A stretch of 64,000 nucleotides of DNA from positions 19,947-83,946 of the forward strand of contig JAUSGQ010000007.1 in the NCBI GenBank assembly GCA_030674455.1, read 5' to 3'. Within the stretch, counting starts at the first letter, position 1. Each line of letters opens with the position of its first letter. Under the pieces are notes generated by a model. It was not told the origin of the DNA, did no database searches, and saw only the letters and a program-made list of their open reading frames with translations. Source of the DNA: a bacterium (GTDB taxonomy: Bacteria; Patescibacteriota; Minisyncoccia; Phycocordibacterales; UBA2100). This document shows, in pieces, positions 18,890 through 30,500 of the stretch. A program made the position numbers and the translations under genes.

Positions 18890-20149
18890 ATGTCTAATAT
18901 CGCACTTTCGCAGGTTTTGCGCGCTCGCGGGTACGTATACCAGCATTCGAGTGAGAAGCTGGAAGAAATTACAGATGGCGCTAAGCGCACGCTTTACTTA
19001 GGCATTGACCCCTCGGCCGACTCCTTACATGTAGGGCAACTACAGGCGTTTCTAATTCTTCGACGATTTCTAGAGGACGGCCACAAGTTAATCTTGTTGA
19101 TAGGCGGAGCCACGGGCATGATAGGCGACCCGAGCGGGAAGTCTGCCGAGCGTGTTCTTCAGGATGAAAAGACTGTCGCACGCAATGCAGAAATTATTTC
19201 GGCGCAAGTCAAAACGCTTCTCGGTTCCGGCGATTTTACCATTCTTGATAACTCCCAGTGGTTGTCTGAATTGAAGCTTATTGATTTTCTGCGCGATGCG
19301 GGCAAGCATTTCTCCGTAAATGCAATGCTTCAGAGAGATTTTATCAAGGAGCGGATAACAAATGTTGAAGAGGGAATATCATACACAGAATTTTCCTATG
19401 CGCTTTTACAAGCGTATGACTATTGGCACTTACACAAGAGTTACCAATGCGACCTGCAAGTTGGCGGCTCCGACCAGTGGGGAAACATTGTTTCTGGTAT
19501 AGATTTCATACGGCGTAAAGAGGGAAAAATCGTCTTCGGGCTAACATGGCCGCTGCTTGTCGATAAATCGGGTAAAAAGTTCGGCAAAAGCGAACAGGGA
19601 ACAATTTGGCTGGATCCGGCGAAAACGTCTCCATTCCAATTCTATCAATTTTGGATAAATATACCCGATGACGCTGTTCAGGAATATTTATTGAAGATGA
19701 CCACCGTTTCAGATTCGGAAATTCGCATGTTAATGACCGAACATAAGAAGAACCCGGGGAGCCGGAAAGCACAAAAGAGATTGGCACACGAGGCAACGAA
19801 ACTGGCTCATGGAGCGGACATCGCGAAAATCGTCGAGGATGTTTCCTCTGTTCTCTTTGGGAAGAAAGAAGCGAAAGAATTAAGCGCGGCCGAGCGCGAG
19901 ATGCTTCAAAAAGAAGCTCCATCATGCGAGGTGCGCCTCGGAGAAACGCTATTAGACATTTTAATTAAGACTAAGCTTGCCACTTCGCGCAGTCAGGCTC
20001 GCCAATTTATAGAAGATAACGCAGTCGCAGTAAACGGTGGCACTGTCTCCTTAATCGACAGGGTAATAATGCATGAGGATTTCCAAGACGCGCCGATTGC
20101 AACCTTAACGCGCGGCAAGCGCAACGCGGTAGTATTAACTCTAGGTTGA
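18890..20149 (+). CDS. tyrS: Tyrosine--tRNA ligase
   Basis: GIDPSADSLHVG, LQAYD, GGSDQWGN, KFGKS, S4-like tail. Confidence 0.97.
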   Translation: MSNIALSQVLRARGYVYQHSSEKLEEITDGAKRTLYLGIDPSADSLHVGQLQAFLILRRFLEDGHKLILLIGGATGMIGDPSGKSAERVLQDEKTVARNAEIISAQVKTLLGSGDFTILDNSQWLSELKLIDFLRDAGKHFSVNAMLQRDFIKERITNVEEGISYTEFSYALLQAYDYWHLHKSYQCDLQVGGSDQWGNIVSGIDFIRRKEGKIVFGLTWPLLVDKSGKKFGKSEQGTIWLDPAKTSPFQFYQFWINIPDDAVQEYLLKMTTVSDSEIRMLMTEHKKNPGSRKAQKRLAHEATKLAHGADIAKIVEDVSSVLFGKKEAKELSAAEREMLQKEAPSCEVRLGETLLDILIKTKLATSRSQARQFIEDNAVAVNGGTVSLIDRVIMHEDFQDAPIATLTRGKRNAVVLTLG

Positions 20150-20198
20150 ATCTGTCGAGAAAGTACACTTTGCGGCTCAATCCTGATAGAGTGGGCGG

Positions 20199-20306
20199 AT
20201 GGCCAAGTTTAAAATTAAATCGGACTACAAACCGGCAGGCGACCCCGATACCATAAGTTCTGCGAACTTAGCTACGGGGCGGGACATGCCATATTTTGAT
20301 GTATGA
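20199..20306 (+). pseudogene. Diverged uvrB 5' fragment fused to a CCCCG..CGGGG element
   Basis: MAKFKIKSDYKPAGD versus UvrB GVFKLRSDYRPAGD; its stop overlaps the uvrB ATG. Confidence 0.8.
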
Positions 20307-22378
20307 GTAAATCTGGCGTATTCAAGCTACGTAGTGATTATCGACCAGCTGGAGATCAACCTACGGCTATAAAGTCACTCGTCGACGGCTTGAAAGAAGG
20401 GAAACGACACCAGACACTACTTGGCGTCACCGGTTCCGGCAAGACCTTTACGATGGCAAATGTGATTGAAAAAACGCAGAAACCTACGCTCGTCATTGCG
20501 CACAACAAGACGCTTGCCGCTCAACTCACTGCGGAATATCGCGAGTTCTTTCCCGAAAATGCAGTGCATTACTTTGTTTCTTATTACGATTACTATCAGC
20601 CGGAAGCATATATGCCGATAAGCGATACATATATCGAAAAAGAATCGCAAGTAAATGAGGACATAGAAAGGCTGCGGCACGCGGCGACGCAGGCGCTGCT
20701 TACAAGAAAAGATGTCATTGTCGTCGCGTCGGTCTCCTGCATTTATGGCCTAGGTAGCCCGTTTGAGTACGAGAAAGTAAACATGAAGCTCACGAAAGGA
20801 GAGCCGCTCACTCGCGCCGCTCTTATGAGACGACTAATCGGTATGTATTTCGAAAGAGTTGCCGGCGACCTTTCGCCCGGCACTTTTCGCGCGCTTGGCT
20901 CGTACGTGGAGATCATGCCGGCAAACGAGAGAATTATTAAAAGAATCGACCTCTCACAAGGTAAAGTCTCTAAAATAGAAGAAATCGACGCGACAACGCG
21001 TGAATCATTAGGGACGCACGACGCAATATTTGTTTTCCCGGCGAAGCATTATGTGACACCAAAGGATGTGCAAGAACTTGCACTTACTGATATTGAGCTC
21101 GAGCTTAAGGAACAGTTAAAAAAGTTTGATGCGGCTGGCAAAATATTGGAGGCGGAGCGATTGAAGCGAAGGACTCGTCAGGACATCTCAATGATACGCG
21201 AGTTCGGATTCTGCAACGGTATTGAAAATTATTCGCGGCACTTCGACAGACGGCAAGCGGGAGAGCCGCCGCATACTCTGCTTTCGTATTTTACGAAGAA
21301 TGTTGGAAGTTCAACGGATTTTCTCACAATTATAGATGAATCGCACGTTACCGTTCCGCAGATAGGCGGCATGTACGCAGGAGACCGCGCGCGCAAGGAT
21401 ATGCTGGTGCAACACGGATTCCGGCTTCCGAGCGCGATTGATAACAGACCGCTCAATTTTGATGAATTCCAAGAGCGTGTCGGACAAACAATTTATACGA
21501 GCGCGACACCCGGAACGTATGAATTAGAACATAGCGGCAAACCTATCGAACAGGTCATCCGCCCTACAGGACTCGTTGACCCAGAAATTATCGTGAAGCC
21601 CATCGTGGGCGGTGGACCGAGGACGGTCCTCAAGGGAGCCCGAGGACCGTCCTCGGTCCCCGAGAAGTATCCGGGGCAGGTAAAGGATTTCATCGCCGAG
21701 GCAGAAATCGTTACCAAGCGGGGCGGACGCTCGATGGTCACCGTCCTTACGAAAAAAATGGCAGAAGATCTGACAACCTTTTTGCTCGAAAAGAAGATTA
21801 GAGCGCAGTATGTACATTCCGACGTGAAAACAATCGAAAGAATAGAAATTCTTACGAATTTCCGCAAGGGCACGTTTGATGTATTGGTCGGCGTCAACTT
21901 ATTGCGAGAAGGATTGGATTTGCCCGAAGTCGAGCTCGTAGGAATTATGGACGCCGATAAAGAGGGCTTTCTGCGTTCCGAAACTTCACTCATCCAAACA
22001 ATCGGCCGAGCTGCGAGAAACGTGCTGGGTCGTGTGATTTTGTACGCGGATTCTCCTACGGGTTCTATGGAGAGGGCAATTCGCGTGACAAATGAGAGGC
22101 GCGCCCGCCAAATTGAATACAATAAGAAGCATGGTATTACGCCAAAAACGATAAAGACTAGGATAAAAGATATCGTGGGAGATATCGTAAGCGCAAGAAG
22201 GCGTGCGGTATTTGACCTTGCAAAGCTCGATTCTGCGGCATATGCGGGAAGCAAGGCAAGCTTAATCACAGCCAAGCGACGAGAAATGCGAGAGGCAGCG
22301 AGTATACTTGATTTTGAAACAGCCGCGCTTTTGCGGGATGAAATTCAAGAACTTGAAAAGGGTAAACGAAAGCGATAA
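20303..22378 (+). CDS. uvrB: Excinuclease ABC subunit B
   Basis: GVTGSGKT, YYDYYQPEAY, DESH, NLLREGLD. Confidence 0.98.
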   Translation: MSKSGVFKLRSDYRPAGDQPTAIKSLVDGLKEGKRHQTLLGVTGSGKTFTMANVIEKTQKPTLVIAHNKTLAAQLTAEYREFFPENAVHYFVSYYDYYQPEAYMPISDTYIEKESQVNEDIERLRHAATQALLTRKDVIVVASVSCIYGLGSPFEYEKVNMKLTKGEPLTRAALMRRLIGMYFERVAGDLSPGTFRALGSYVEIMPANERIIKRIDLSQGKVSKIEEIDATTRESLGTHDAIFVFPAKHYVTPKDVQELALTDIELELKEQLKKFDAAGKILEAERLKRRTRQDISMIREFGFCNGIENYSRHFDRRQAGEPPHTLLSYFTKNVGSSTDFLTIIDESHVTVPQIGGMYAGDRARKDMLVQHGFRLPSAIDNRPLNFDEFQERVGQTIYTSATPGTYELEHSGKPIEQVIRPTGLVDPEIIVKPIVGGGPRTVLKGARGPSSVPEKYPGQVKDFIAEAEIVTKRGGRSMVTVLTKKMAEDLTTFLLEKKIRAQYVHSDVKTIERIEILTNFRKGTFDVLVGVNLLREGLDLPEVELVGIMDADKEGFLRSETSLIQTIGRAARNVLGRVILYADSPTGSMERAIRVTNERRARQIEYNKKHGITPKTIKTRIKDIVGDIVSARRRAVFDLAKLDSAAYAGSKASLITAKRREMREAASILDFETAALLRDEIQELEKGKRKR

Positions 22379-22486
22379 TTCTCAATTTACAATTTTGCAA
22401 TTTGCAATGAATTTACAATGATTAATTTACAACATTTATAAATTGAACCTTGATTGAAAATCGATAATTAAAAATTTAAAATTCAA
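22379..22486. repeat. Heptamer-periodic foldback (CAATTT/AAATTG)
   Basis: caattta caatttt gcaattt.. then aaattg..gattgaaaat..aaaattt; fills the uvrB-murB gap. Confidence 0.65.
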
Positions 22487-22488
22487 GC

Positions 22489-23415
22489 ATGACCTTAGAC
22501 ATACGACATAATGTCCCCCTCGCTCCTCTGACCACTTTTAATATCGGCGGTCCGGCCAGATATTTCACCTACGTTCGCACAGAAAATGATATGCGGGAGG
22601 CGGTACTCTGGGCAAAGCAGAAATCAATCGACTTTGTTATTCTTTCCGGCGGCAGCAATGTGCTTATACCGGATGAAGGATTAAACAAACTCGTTATCCA
22701 TGTCATTAAGGGCGATTTTAGTATTCGGGAACAGTCGCTCACAGCCGATGCGGGATGTAATCTTTTGAAACTCATTCGAGCCGCCAGCGAAAACAATTTG
22801 GGAGGGTGGGAGAAACTGGCCGGCATTCCTGGGACGATTGGAGGTGCCATTCGCGGCAACGCAGGCGCGTTCGGGACTGAGATCAAAGACTTGCCCGTGA
22901 AAGTTCGTGCGCTGAATTATAAAACTTCGGAAATTAAGGAATTCCAAAATGCGGATTGCGGTTTTGCTTACCGCCGCAGCTTCTTTAAAGACAATCCGGA
23001 GTGGATTATTACGAATTTAGCAGTCAGACTGCTAAAAGTTGCCGAAGTTGAAAGTATAAGATTGATAGAGTACACCATAGCCGAACGAGAACAACGCCAT
23101 TTGCAGAATATACAAGCCGCAGGTTCGTATTTTATGAATCCGATTGTTCCGCCTGTGATTCAAGAACTCTTTGAGAACGATAAGGGTTTAAAATCAAAAG
23201 AGAATAGAGTCCCCGCGGGGTGGCTTATAGAAAGGGCAGGTATGAAAGGAGTAAAAGTCGGTGATGCCATTTCGAGTATTCAGCACCCAAATTATTTGGT
23301 TAACGATGGCAATGCGACCGCCAAAGATGTCAAACAGCTGGCACAAAGTATTAAGGACGCCGTTCACGCAAAGTTCGGTGTCAATCTCTGTGAAGAGGCA
23401 GTGATATTGTCTTGA
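22489..23415 (+). CDS. murB: UDP-N-acetylmuramate dehydrogenase
   Basis: TTFNIGGPA, GGSNVL, GIPGTIGGA..NAGA, AGSYFMNP, HPNYLVN. Confidence 0.96.
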   Translation: MTLDIRHNVPLAPLTTFNIGGPARYFTYVRTENDMREAVLWAKQKSIDFVILSGGSNVLIPDEGLNKLVIHVIKGDFSIREQSLTADAGCNLLKLIRAASENNLGGWEKLAGIPGTIGGAIRGNAGAFGTEIKDLPVKVRALNYKTSEIKEFQNADCGFAYRRSFFKDNPEWIITNLAVRLLKVAEVESIRLIEYTIAEREQRHLQNIQAAGSYFMNPIVPPVIQELFENDKGLKSKENRVPAGWLIERAGMKGVKVGDAISSIQHPNYLVNDGNATAKDVKQLAQSIKDAVHAKFGVNLCEEAVILS

Positions 23416-23461
23416 TGAATGTCACTGCAACCTGTAACCTGTATCCTATAACCTACCCGAT

Positions 23462-24034
23462 ATGGAAAACTTTGCTGAAAGGACTCATGAGGCCATGCAA
23501 GATGTCGTTATGGTGCCGGGCGCTCCGGGGCCAGCCGTTCACTACTACATGATTCGAGGCGGTTCTAAGCAAAGAAACATTACAATTTGGCAAACGGGAA
23601 CGGTTGGCGGCGAATATATAAAAACGTACGGACACTACCATGTCGGTGATTTAGATGAGACTTATAAAATTCTGGAAGGAGAGGGAATCGCTCTTCTTCA
23701 AAAACTAGTAGTGGAAAATGGCGTTCCCGTTATTGACAGAGTCGATGAATTCAAAGCAATTAAGGTGAAGGCGGGCGATTCCATATACATGCCCCCGGGG
23801 TATGGGCATTTGGTAGTGAATACGGGAAGGACATGGCTCGTAACATCAGACGACAGCCCCGTCGATGGTTTTAACGATTCGGCATCTATGCCAGGACACG
23901 CTGATTACGAACCGGTAAAAAAGATGCGTGGATTTGCATATTACGTTGTCGAAAAAAGCGGCGCGCCCGCCCTCGTGCGCAATCCATTATATAAAGAAAT
24001 ACGTTCAGAAATATTAAATGGATTGTCTCAATAG
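23462..24034 (+). CDS. Cupin-type glucose-6-phosphate isomerase family protein
   Basis: KTYGHYH, ETY.ILEGEG, PPGYGH..VN, GFAYYV. Confidence 0.8.
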   Translation: MENFAERTHEAMQDVVMVPGAPGPAVHYYMIRGGSKQRNITIWQTGTVGGEYIKTYGHYHVGDLDETYKILEGEGIALLQKLVVENGVPVIDRVDEFKAIKVKAGDSIYMPPGYGHLVVNTGRTWLVTSDDSPVDGFNDSASMPGHADYEPVKKMRGFAYYVVEKSGAPALVRNPLYKEIRSEILNGLSQ

Positions 24035-24075
24035 TCATGATATATTTTAGTTTGGCATAAATTTGGGAGGACGCG

Positions 24076-24489
24076 ATGAATAAAAAACAGCTGCGGCTGT
24101 TTGTATTACCAGGGTCGTTATTAGCGCTGACGTTAGCGCTAATGATGTGGAACGGTAACACTTTTGATCTTTTTACTACCAATATTTGGTATGACAAGAT
24201 CATGCATTTGCTGGGAGGCGCCGGAGCGTGCATTCTAACGCTCTGGATTGCATCTATGCTAACGGATGATACGCGATGGAAAATTCTTCGCTTCGGTCTT
24301 CCGTTCGTAGGTGTAATTGGGGCCATTTGTTTCGGTCTAGGTTGGGAAGGATTAGAAGATTACTTCCCGATAATAACCGACTATGTCATCCAAAGCTCGG
24401 GGGATACCCTAGCGGATTTGTTTTTTGACATAGTCGGGGGCTATATCTCCTCCAGATACTATGAAGAAATCTGGAGGTGGCAATTATGA
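24076..24489 (+). CDS. Hypothetical membrane protein
   Basis: WYDKIMH, GLGWE, DTLADL..DIVG; GGAGG SD. Confidence 0.7.
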   Translation: MNKKQLRLFVLPGSLLALTLALMMWNGNTFDLFTTNIWYDKIMHLLGGAGACILTLWIASMLTDDTRWKILRFGLPFVGVIGAICFGLGWEGLEDYFPIITDYVIQSSGDTLADLFFDIVGGYISSRYYEEIWRWQL

Positions 24490-24499
24490 AGGCGACGAG

Positions 24500-24536
24500 G
24501 AATCGGCGATGACGCTACCTCGTCGCCGATTCTTTT
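24500..24536 (+). terminator. Intrinsic terminator
   Basis: gaatcggcgatga/tcgtcgccgattc followed by tttt. Confidence 0.6.
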
Positions 24537-24590
24537 ATGTTATATTGCTCAGTACCAACCCTAGCGCAAAGCGAGGGTCGGTTTGTGTTT

Positions 24591-27287
24591 ATGTCAAAAA
24601 AAAACGAACATTCAGGGGAAGCCGAGAAAATCGTAGTTAAAGGCGCACGCACGCATAACTTGAAGAACATCACGGTAGAAATACCGCGGAATAAAATGGT
24701 GGTTTTTACAGGCCTTTCCGGCTCTGGGAAATCATCTCTCGCTTTTGACACCATATTTGCCGAGGGCCAGCGCAAATACGTGGAGTCTCTTTCTGCCTAT
24801 GCCCGTCAGTTCTTGCGGCAAATGCAAAAACCGGATGTCGATGAGATATCCGGCCTATCTCCTGCCATTTCAATAGACCAAAAATCGCGCTCGAATAATC
24901 CACGTTCCACAGTCGCTACAATTACCGAAATCTATGATTATCTGCGTGTTCTCTATGCGAGAGTAGGCAAACCTCACTGCACTATCTGCGGCAGGGAAGT
25001 TAAGAAACATACGAATGAGGAGATACTTGAGTCAGTTCTCAAAATAGTGGACAAGGCTCGAAAGTACCAAGGAGAGACCTTAAAATACCCAAGGTCTCAC
25101 CTTAAGGTTCAAGATAAGAAGCTCACAAAAAATGTATCGAGCGCAAAGGTCACAATAACGTCACCGGTGGTTGTCGGTAGAAAAGGGGAGTACTACCAGC
25201 TTCTTTATGACTTGCTCAATAAGGGATTCGAGAAAGTAATAATTGATGGCGAAGAGAAGAAGCTGCGTGAAAGAATCATTCTCGAGAAGAATCATAAACA
25301 CGATATAGATGTCGTGGTCGATGAAATATTTGTCAGTGAATTTGCCGACGATGCGAAAGCTGCGCGCGAACGGGCATCGGAAGCTATCGAAAGAGCTCTG
25401 CATGAATCCAATGGGCTGGTAAAGATAATAGGCGCGAGCGGAGAATCACACATTGTCTCGGCAAAGTTTATGTGCCCGTACGACGGATTCTCATTTCCTG
25501 AAATCGAGCCGCGGCTCTTTTCGTTCAATTCTCCGCATGGCGCTTGCCCCGCATGCAATGGCCTAGGTTCTAAGTATTTCTTTGGCGACGAGCCGTGCGA
25601 TGTGTGTAATGGTGCCCGGTTGCGTCCGGAGGCATTAAATGTGTTTCTTGGGACAAATAGTCGAGGAGACACCTCGCAAGCGAGGAGCCACCTCGACTCA
25701 CCCCATGGTCTGCATATTGTCGATTTAAGCTCGTCATCTATAGACGACGCAAAGAAATTCTTTGACTCGCTTAAACTTACCAAAAAGGAAGAGGAAATAT
25801 CCAAGGTCGTAATCAAAGAAATTATGAGCCGGCTGCGCTTTATGCAAGATGTCGGCATTGAATACTTAACACTCGACCGAAAAGCCAACACTCTATCGGG
25901 CGGTGAAGCACAGCGCATTCGTCTGGCATCACAGCTTGGAAGCGGGCTCGTTGGCGCGCTCTATGTGCTTGATGAGCCGACAATCGGGCTTCACCAGCGC
26001 GACAACGACAAACTTATTGAGACTCTCAAACACCTGCGCGATATCGGCAATACAGTAATCGTGGTAGAACACGATGAGGACACCATTTTCGCATCCGATT
26101 ACATCGTGGATCTAGGCCCTGGCGCTGGCATTCATGGAGGTAATGTCGTGGTGTCGGGGTGGCTCGATGAGCTATTGACCGCCAAATCCAATAAGTCCGG
26201 CTCGCGTACTCTTGCGTATCTACGTGGAGAGTCATCAATTGAAACGCCGGAGAAATGGCGAACTGCTGACAGAGGAAAGATAAAAATTCGCGGGGCTTCA
26301 AAATTTAACATTAAAAATATAAACGTTGATATACCGCTCGGCAAACTTGTGGCAATCACGGGGGTGTCTGGTTCCGGCAAGTCGACGTTTCTCTATGAGA
26401 TGCTTCATCGCAATTTGCTGGCGCGCTTTGATAAGCGGTACCGTACGGCAAAAATCTACAACTGCAAGGAATTCAGCGGAACGGAATATCTTTCACGCTC
26501 CATATTGATTGATCAATCGCCCATAGGAAGAACCCCGCGCTCAAATCCTGCAACGTACACAGGTGCTTTCACGCACATTCGCGACCTATTCGCGATGAGC
26601 GAGGATGCTCGAGCGCGCGGATGGGGTCCGGGACGATTTAGCTTCAATGTAAAAGGCGGGCGATGTGAGGTATGCCAGGGCAACGGCCTTGTCGCTGTCG
26701 AAATGCACTTTTTGCCGACGGTCTATGTCACATGCGACATGTGCAACGGAAAACGTTTTATGAAGGAGACACTTGATGTTAAATATAAAAAGAAAAGCAT
26801 TTATGACGTGTTATCCATGACCGTCGAAGAGGCCTCGGCCTTCTTTGAGGATGTTCCTGCAATATCTGACAGGTTAAAAACTTTGTCTGATGTTGGCCTG
26901 GACTATCTAGAACTCGGCCAGAGCGCGACAACTCTATCCGGCGGTGAAGCGCAGCGAGTGAAAATTGCGTCAGAACTATATCGGCCGTTGGATGCAAAAA
27001 CGATGTACCTGTTGGATGAACCCACTGTGGGACTCCACTACGACGACGTGCAAAAACTTATCGATATATTGCAAAAGCTGGTTCAGCGGGGAAATAGCGT
27101 CGTTGTTATCGAACACAATCTTGATGTCTTGAAATGCGCAGATTGGATTATGGATATGGGACCGGAAGGAGGCGCCGGAGGCGGCGAAATCGTAGCCCGA
27201 GGAACGCCGCTCGAAGTTTCTAAAACCGACGGCTCATACACCGGATATTATCTGAAGCGAGTTTTGAAGAGAAAGGTAAAAGATTGA
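24591..27287 (+). CDS. uvrA: Excinuclease ABC subunit A
   Basis: [18 protein letters not shown], two LSGGEAQR, zinc fingers. Confidence 0.98.
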   Translation: MSKKNEHSGEAEKIVVKGARTHNLKNITVEIPRNKMVVFTGLSGSGKSSLAFDTIFAEGQRKYVESLSAYARQFLRQMQKPDVDEISGLSPAISIDQKSRSNNPRSTVATITEIYDYLRVLYARVGKPHCTICGREVKKHTNEEILESVLKIVDKARKYQGETLKYPRSHLKVQDKKLTKNVSSAKVTITSPVVVGRKGEYYQLLYDLLNKGFEKVIIDGEEKKLRERIILEKNHKHDIDVVVDEIFVSEFADDAKAARERASEAIERALHESNGLVKIIGASGESHIVSAKFMCPYDGFSFPEIEPRLFSFNSPHGACPACNGLGSKYFFGDEPCDVCNGARLRPEALNVFLGTNSRGDTSQARSHLDSPHGLHIVDLSSSSIDDAKKFFDSLKLTKKEEEISKVVIKEIMSRLRFMQDVGIEYLTLDRKANTLSGGEAQRIRLASQLGSGLVGALYVLDEPTIGLHQRDNDKLIETLKHLRDIGNTVIVVEHDEDTIFASDYIVDLGPGAGIHGGNVVVSGWLDELLTAKSNKSGSRTLAYLRGESSIETPEKWRTADRGKIKIRGASKFNIKNINVDIPLGKLVAITGVSGSGKSTFLYEMLHRNLLARFDKRYRTAKIYNCKEFSGTEYLSRSILIDQSPIGRTPRSNPATYTGAFTHIRDLFAMSEDARARGWGPGRFSFNVKGGRCEVCQGNGLVAVEMHFLPTVYVTCDMCNGKRFMKETLDVKYKKKSIYDVLSMTVEEASAFFEDVPAISDRLKTLSDVGLDYLELGQSATTLSGGEAQRVKIASELYRPLDAKTMYLLDEPTVGLHYDDVQKLIDILQKLVQRGNSVVVIEHNLDVLKCADWIMDMGPEGGAGGGEIVARGTPLEVSKTDGSYTGYYLKRVLKRKVKD

Positions 27288-27306
27288 GATGTCATCTCAA
27301 TCTTTT
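27278..27306. repeat. GAGATGWCATCTC palindrome
   Basis: 14-bp arms covering the uvrA stop; also 36390-36420 and 41846-41866. Confidence 0.8.
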
Positions 27307-27538
27307 CATCCTAAAGGGGTTTTAAAGCTATCCGGAGCTTAAGCTTGACTCAAATTCTGCAGGGTGTACAAAGCCATTATCATCGGCTGTTTTGTGGTCG
27401 ATGATCCGTTCCTCTGAGGGAAAGTGAGGGATTGTAGGTGGCATAAAAAGCCACACGCGGGATGTATTCAAAGCATCCCCAATGTGACCGGACTCTGACA
27501 CAACACGATTCGTGTGTTGCAGTGGCCGGTCTTTTTCT

Positions 27539-30500
27539 TTATGTATATGCATCGACCGAGATAGATTTGAGTTCAGACGCCTTAATTCCTGCAAAAGCCA
27601 TGATGAATGCCTCGGCAAGCTGGCGATTGGTTATGAGCGGTATATTCAAGTCCACCGCTTTTCGGCGGATTATGTAGCCGTCTATCGCATCGCGGCCAAA
27701 TGCTTGAGCGGGAATATTTATTATCAAATCTACTTTACCTTTCTCTATAAGCGTTCCTACATTGGGCTCCTTGCCTCCGATTTTATAAACCTTTTCACAT
27801 GCAATTCCATTTTCTCTCATAAAATCGGCAGTATGCTCGGTGGCAAATAACTTGAAATTCATTTTGGCCAATTCTTGCAGAGCGGATAGTAATTTAATTT
27901 TATTTTCCTCTTTTCCCAAGGAAATCAGTATATTTCCCGACGCTTTGGTCGGGATCCCGACCTCGCTTCGCGAGCGTCGGGACTTATACGGCAATCTCCG
28001 ACGCTTTGGTCGGGGCAGGCGGAATCCTGAAGCAAGCATTGATTTAATCAGAGCTTCTGAAAATGTATCACCAAAACAAGCGACTTCGCCGGTAGAAGCC
28101 ATTTCCACGTTGGAAACGGGGTCGGCACCCTTTATGCGCGCATAGGAGAATTGCGGCGACTTTACTGCAATGTAATCAAGTTCAAGGGTGCGATAATCGC
28201 CGGAAACGTCTTTACCGAGCATCGCGCGCGTAGCAATATCAATAAAGTTATATCCCGTAGCTTTTGACACGAAAGGAAAGCTTCGAGATGAACGAACATT
28301 GCACTCAATGACTTGCAAATGGTTATCTTTTGCGATGAATTGAATATTGAACGGGCCGGTAATTTTCAGTTCTTTGACGACGTCCTTCGTGATGTGTTTA
28401 GCTCGTCGAATTGTCTCCATATATGTGCGCTGGGGAGGCAAAACCACCGTAGCGTCGCCAGAGTGCGTGCCGGCATTTTCGACGTGCTCCGTAATCGCGT
28501 AAATTATGAGCTTCCCGCGCGAAGCAACTCCGTCAATTTCAATTTCCCGCGCATTCTCGATAAATTTGGAAATCACGACCGGATGTTCCGTAGAGATATC
28601 AACCGCGCGTTTGAGAAAGCGCAAAAGAGATGTCTCGTCGTGCGCAACGCTCATCGCAGAGCCGGAGAGAACATATGACGGCCGGACAAGCACGGGATAT
28701 CCGATTCGCGCCGCAGCTATCGCTGCTTCTTTATGAGTAGTAAGTTCTACCCACTCGGGCTGATCAATTTCGAGCCTATCAAGAAGTTTAGAGAATGTGT
28801 GCCTGTCTTCGGCGCGGTCTATATCTTCTGGTTTTGTTCCCATGATTCTTACTCCTCGCTTATGCAGTGGGAGCGCGAGATTATTCGGAATTTGGCCGCC
28901 AGTAGAAATTACGACTCCTCGCGCTTTCTCAAATTGATAAATATCTAGAACACGCTCAAGCGAAAGTTCTTCAAAATACAGTCGGCTCGACATGTCGTAG
29001 TCGGTTGAAACGGTCTCCGGATTTGAATTTATCATTATCGTTTCGTATTCATTTTTTGAAAGAGTTTTTAACGCTTGTACGCAAGACCAATCAAATTCTA
29101 CCGACGAACCGATGCAATACGGTCCGCTTCCAAGGACGATCATACTTTTCTTGGTGCGACCTATATCATTCTCGGTCCCGTTATACGTCACATACAGATA
29201 ATTTGTTTTGGCGGGAAATTCTCCAGCCAAAGTGTCGATTTGCTTTATAACTGGCAGGATTTTGTGGCGCATTCGCTCCTGTCGGATCTTATCCTCAGTA
29301 CTTTTAATCAATGTGGCAATTTGAATATCAGAAAAACCAAGCTTCTTAGCCTCGAGCATGTCTTCTCTAAGAAGGTCTGACCTTCCAGGAAGGTCAGACC
29401 TTCTGAGATTTCTCGAGCAACGCATGATGTTCTTCATTTTTTCTAGAAACCACGGATCAATGCCGCCGGAAAGACGGCTGATCTTTGAGACGGACGTACC
29501 TCTGCGAAGTGCCTCTGCAATGGCAAAAATGCGGCGGGTAGTCGGGTGCTTGATTTCATCCAGATAATTTGCCACGCGAAAGTTACCATTTTTATGCGCT
29601 ACAAAACCATCCGCGCCAATGGAAAGCATACGAATAGCTTTCTGCAGTACCTCCTCAAAACTTCTGCCGATTGCCATCACTTCTCCCACACTTTTCATCT
29701 CCGTACCAATTTGCGTGATGGCATTCTCAAATTTCGTCAAATCCCAGCGCGGCATTTTAAGCACGATGTAATCAAGCGCCGGCTCGAAACAGGCCGTCGT
29801 GGATTTGGTTACCGAGTTTTTTAGTTGCGGCAGAGTAAAGCCCATTGCGAGTTTCGCCGCAATGAACGCGAGCGGATATCCTGTGGCCTTTGAGGCAAGC
29901 GCAGATGAGCGGGAAAGGCGCGCATTAACTTCTATGACGCGATAATCTCCGGTTTTCGGATGAAGCGCGTACTGTATATTGCATTCTCCCACGACGCCGA
30001 GATGCCTGATGGTCTTTATCGCGATTTCGCGCAAGCGATGATACTCCTCGTTCGTAAGAGTTTGTGACGGCGCCACGACCATACTTTCGCCCGTATGAAT
30101 GCCCATCGGGTCTATGTTTTCCATATTGCAAACGGAAATGCAGTTGTCGGTTCTGTCGCGCACAATTTCATACTCAACTTCTTTCCAACCGCACAAATCT
30201 TCTTCGATCAATACCTGCGGACTCGAGCCAAAGATTTCTGACAGTTTAGCGACAAGTTCTTTTTCCGTACGAACCACTCCGGAGCCAAGGCCGCCCAAGG
30301 CGAATCCCGCGCGCAACATGACCGGATAACCGATTTTTGTCGCCGCCTTTTTGGCATCAGATATATTTCTTGCTGCGAAACTTCGCGCTGTCTTAACATC
30401 AATTTTTTGCAGCCGCTTTATGAACATGTCTCTATCTTCTGTTTCGCGTATGACAGATACCGGTGTTCCCAAAACCTGCACTTTGTATTTAGAGAGAATC

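Noticed and set aside
18775-18890. T-box riboswitch upstream of tyrS
   Set aside because: Too short, no GGTGGNACC T-box motif or stem I, and tyrS has its own -10 downstream.
21493-22275. Long antisense ORFs (also 5310-5930, 25292-25918, 54778-55407)
   Set aside because: Shadows of well-supported genes on the opposite strand, with no recognisable motifs.
24491-24536. Riboswitch-like alternative pairing before uvrA
   Set aside because: ggcgacgagg can compete with the terminator stem, but it lies upstream of the uvrA -10 box and has no aptamer features.
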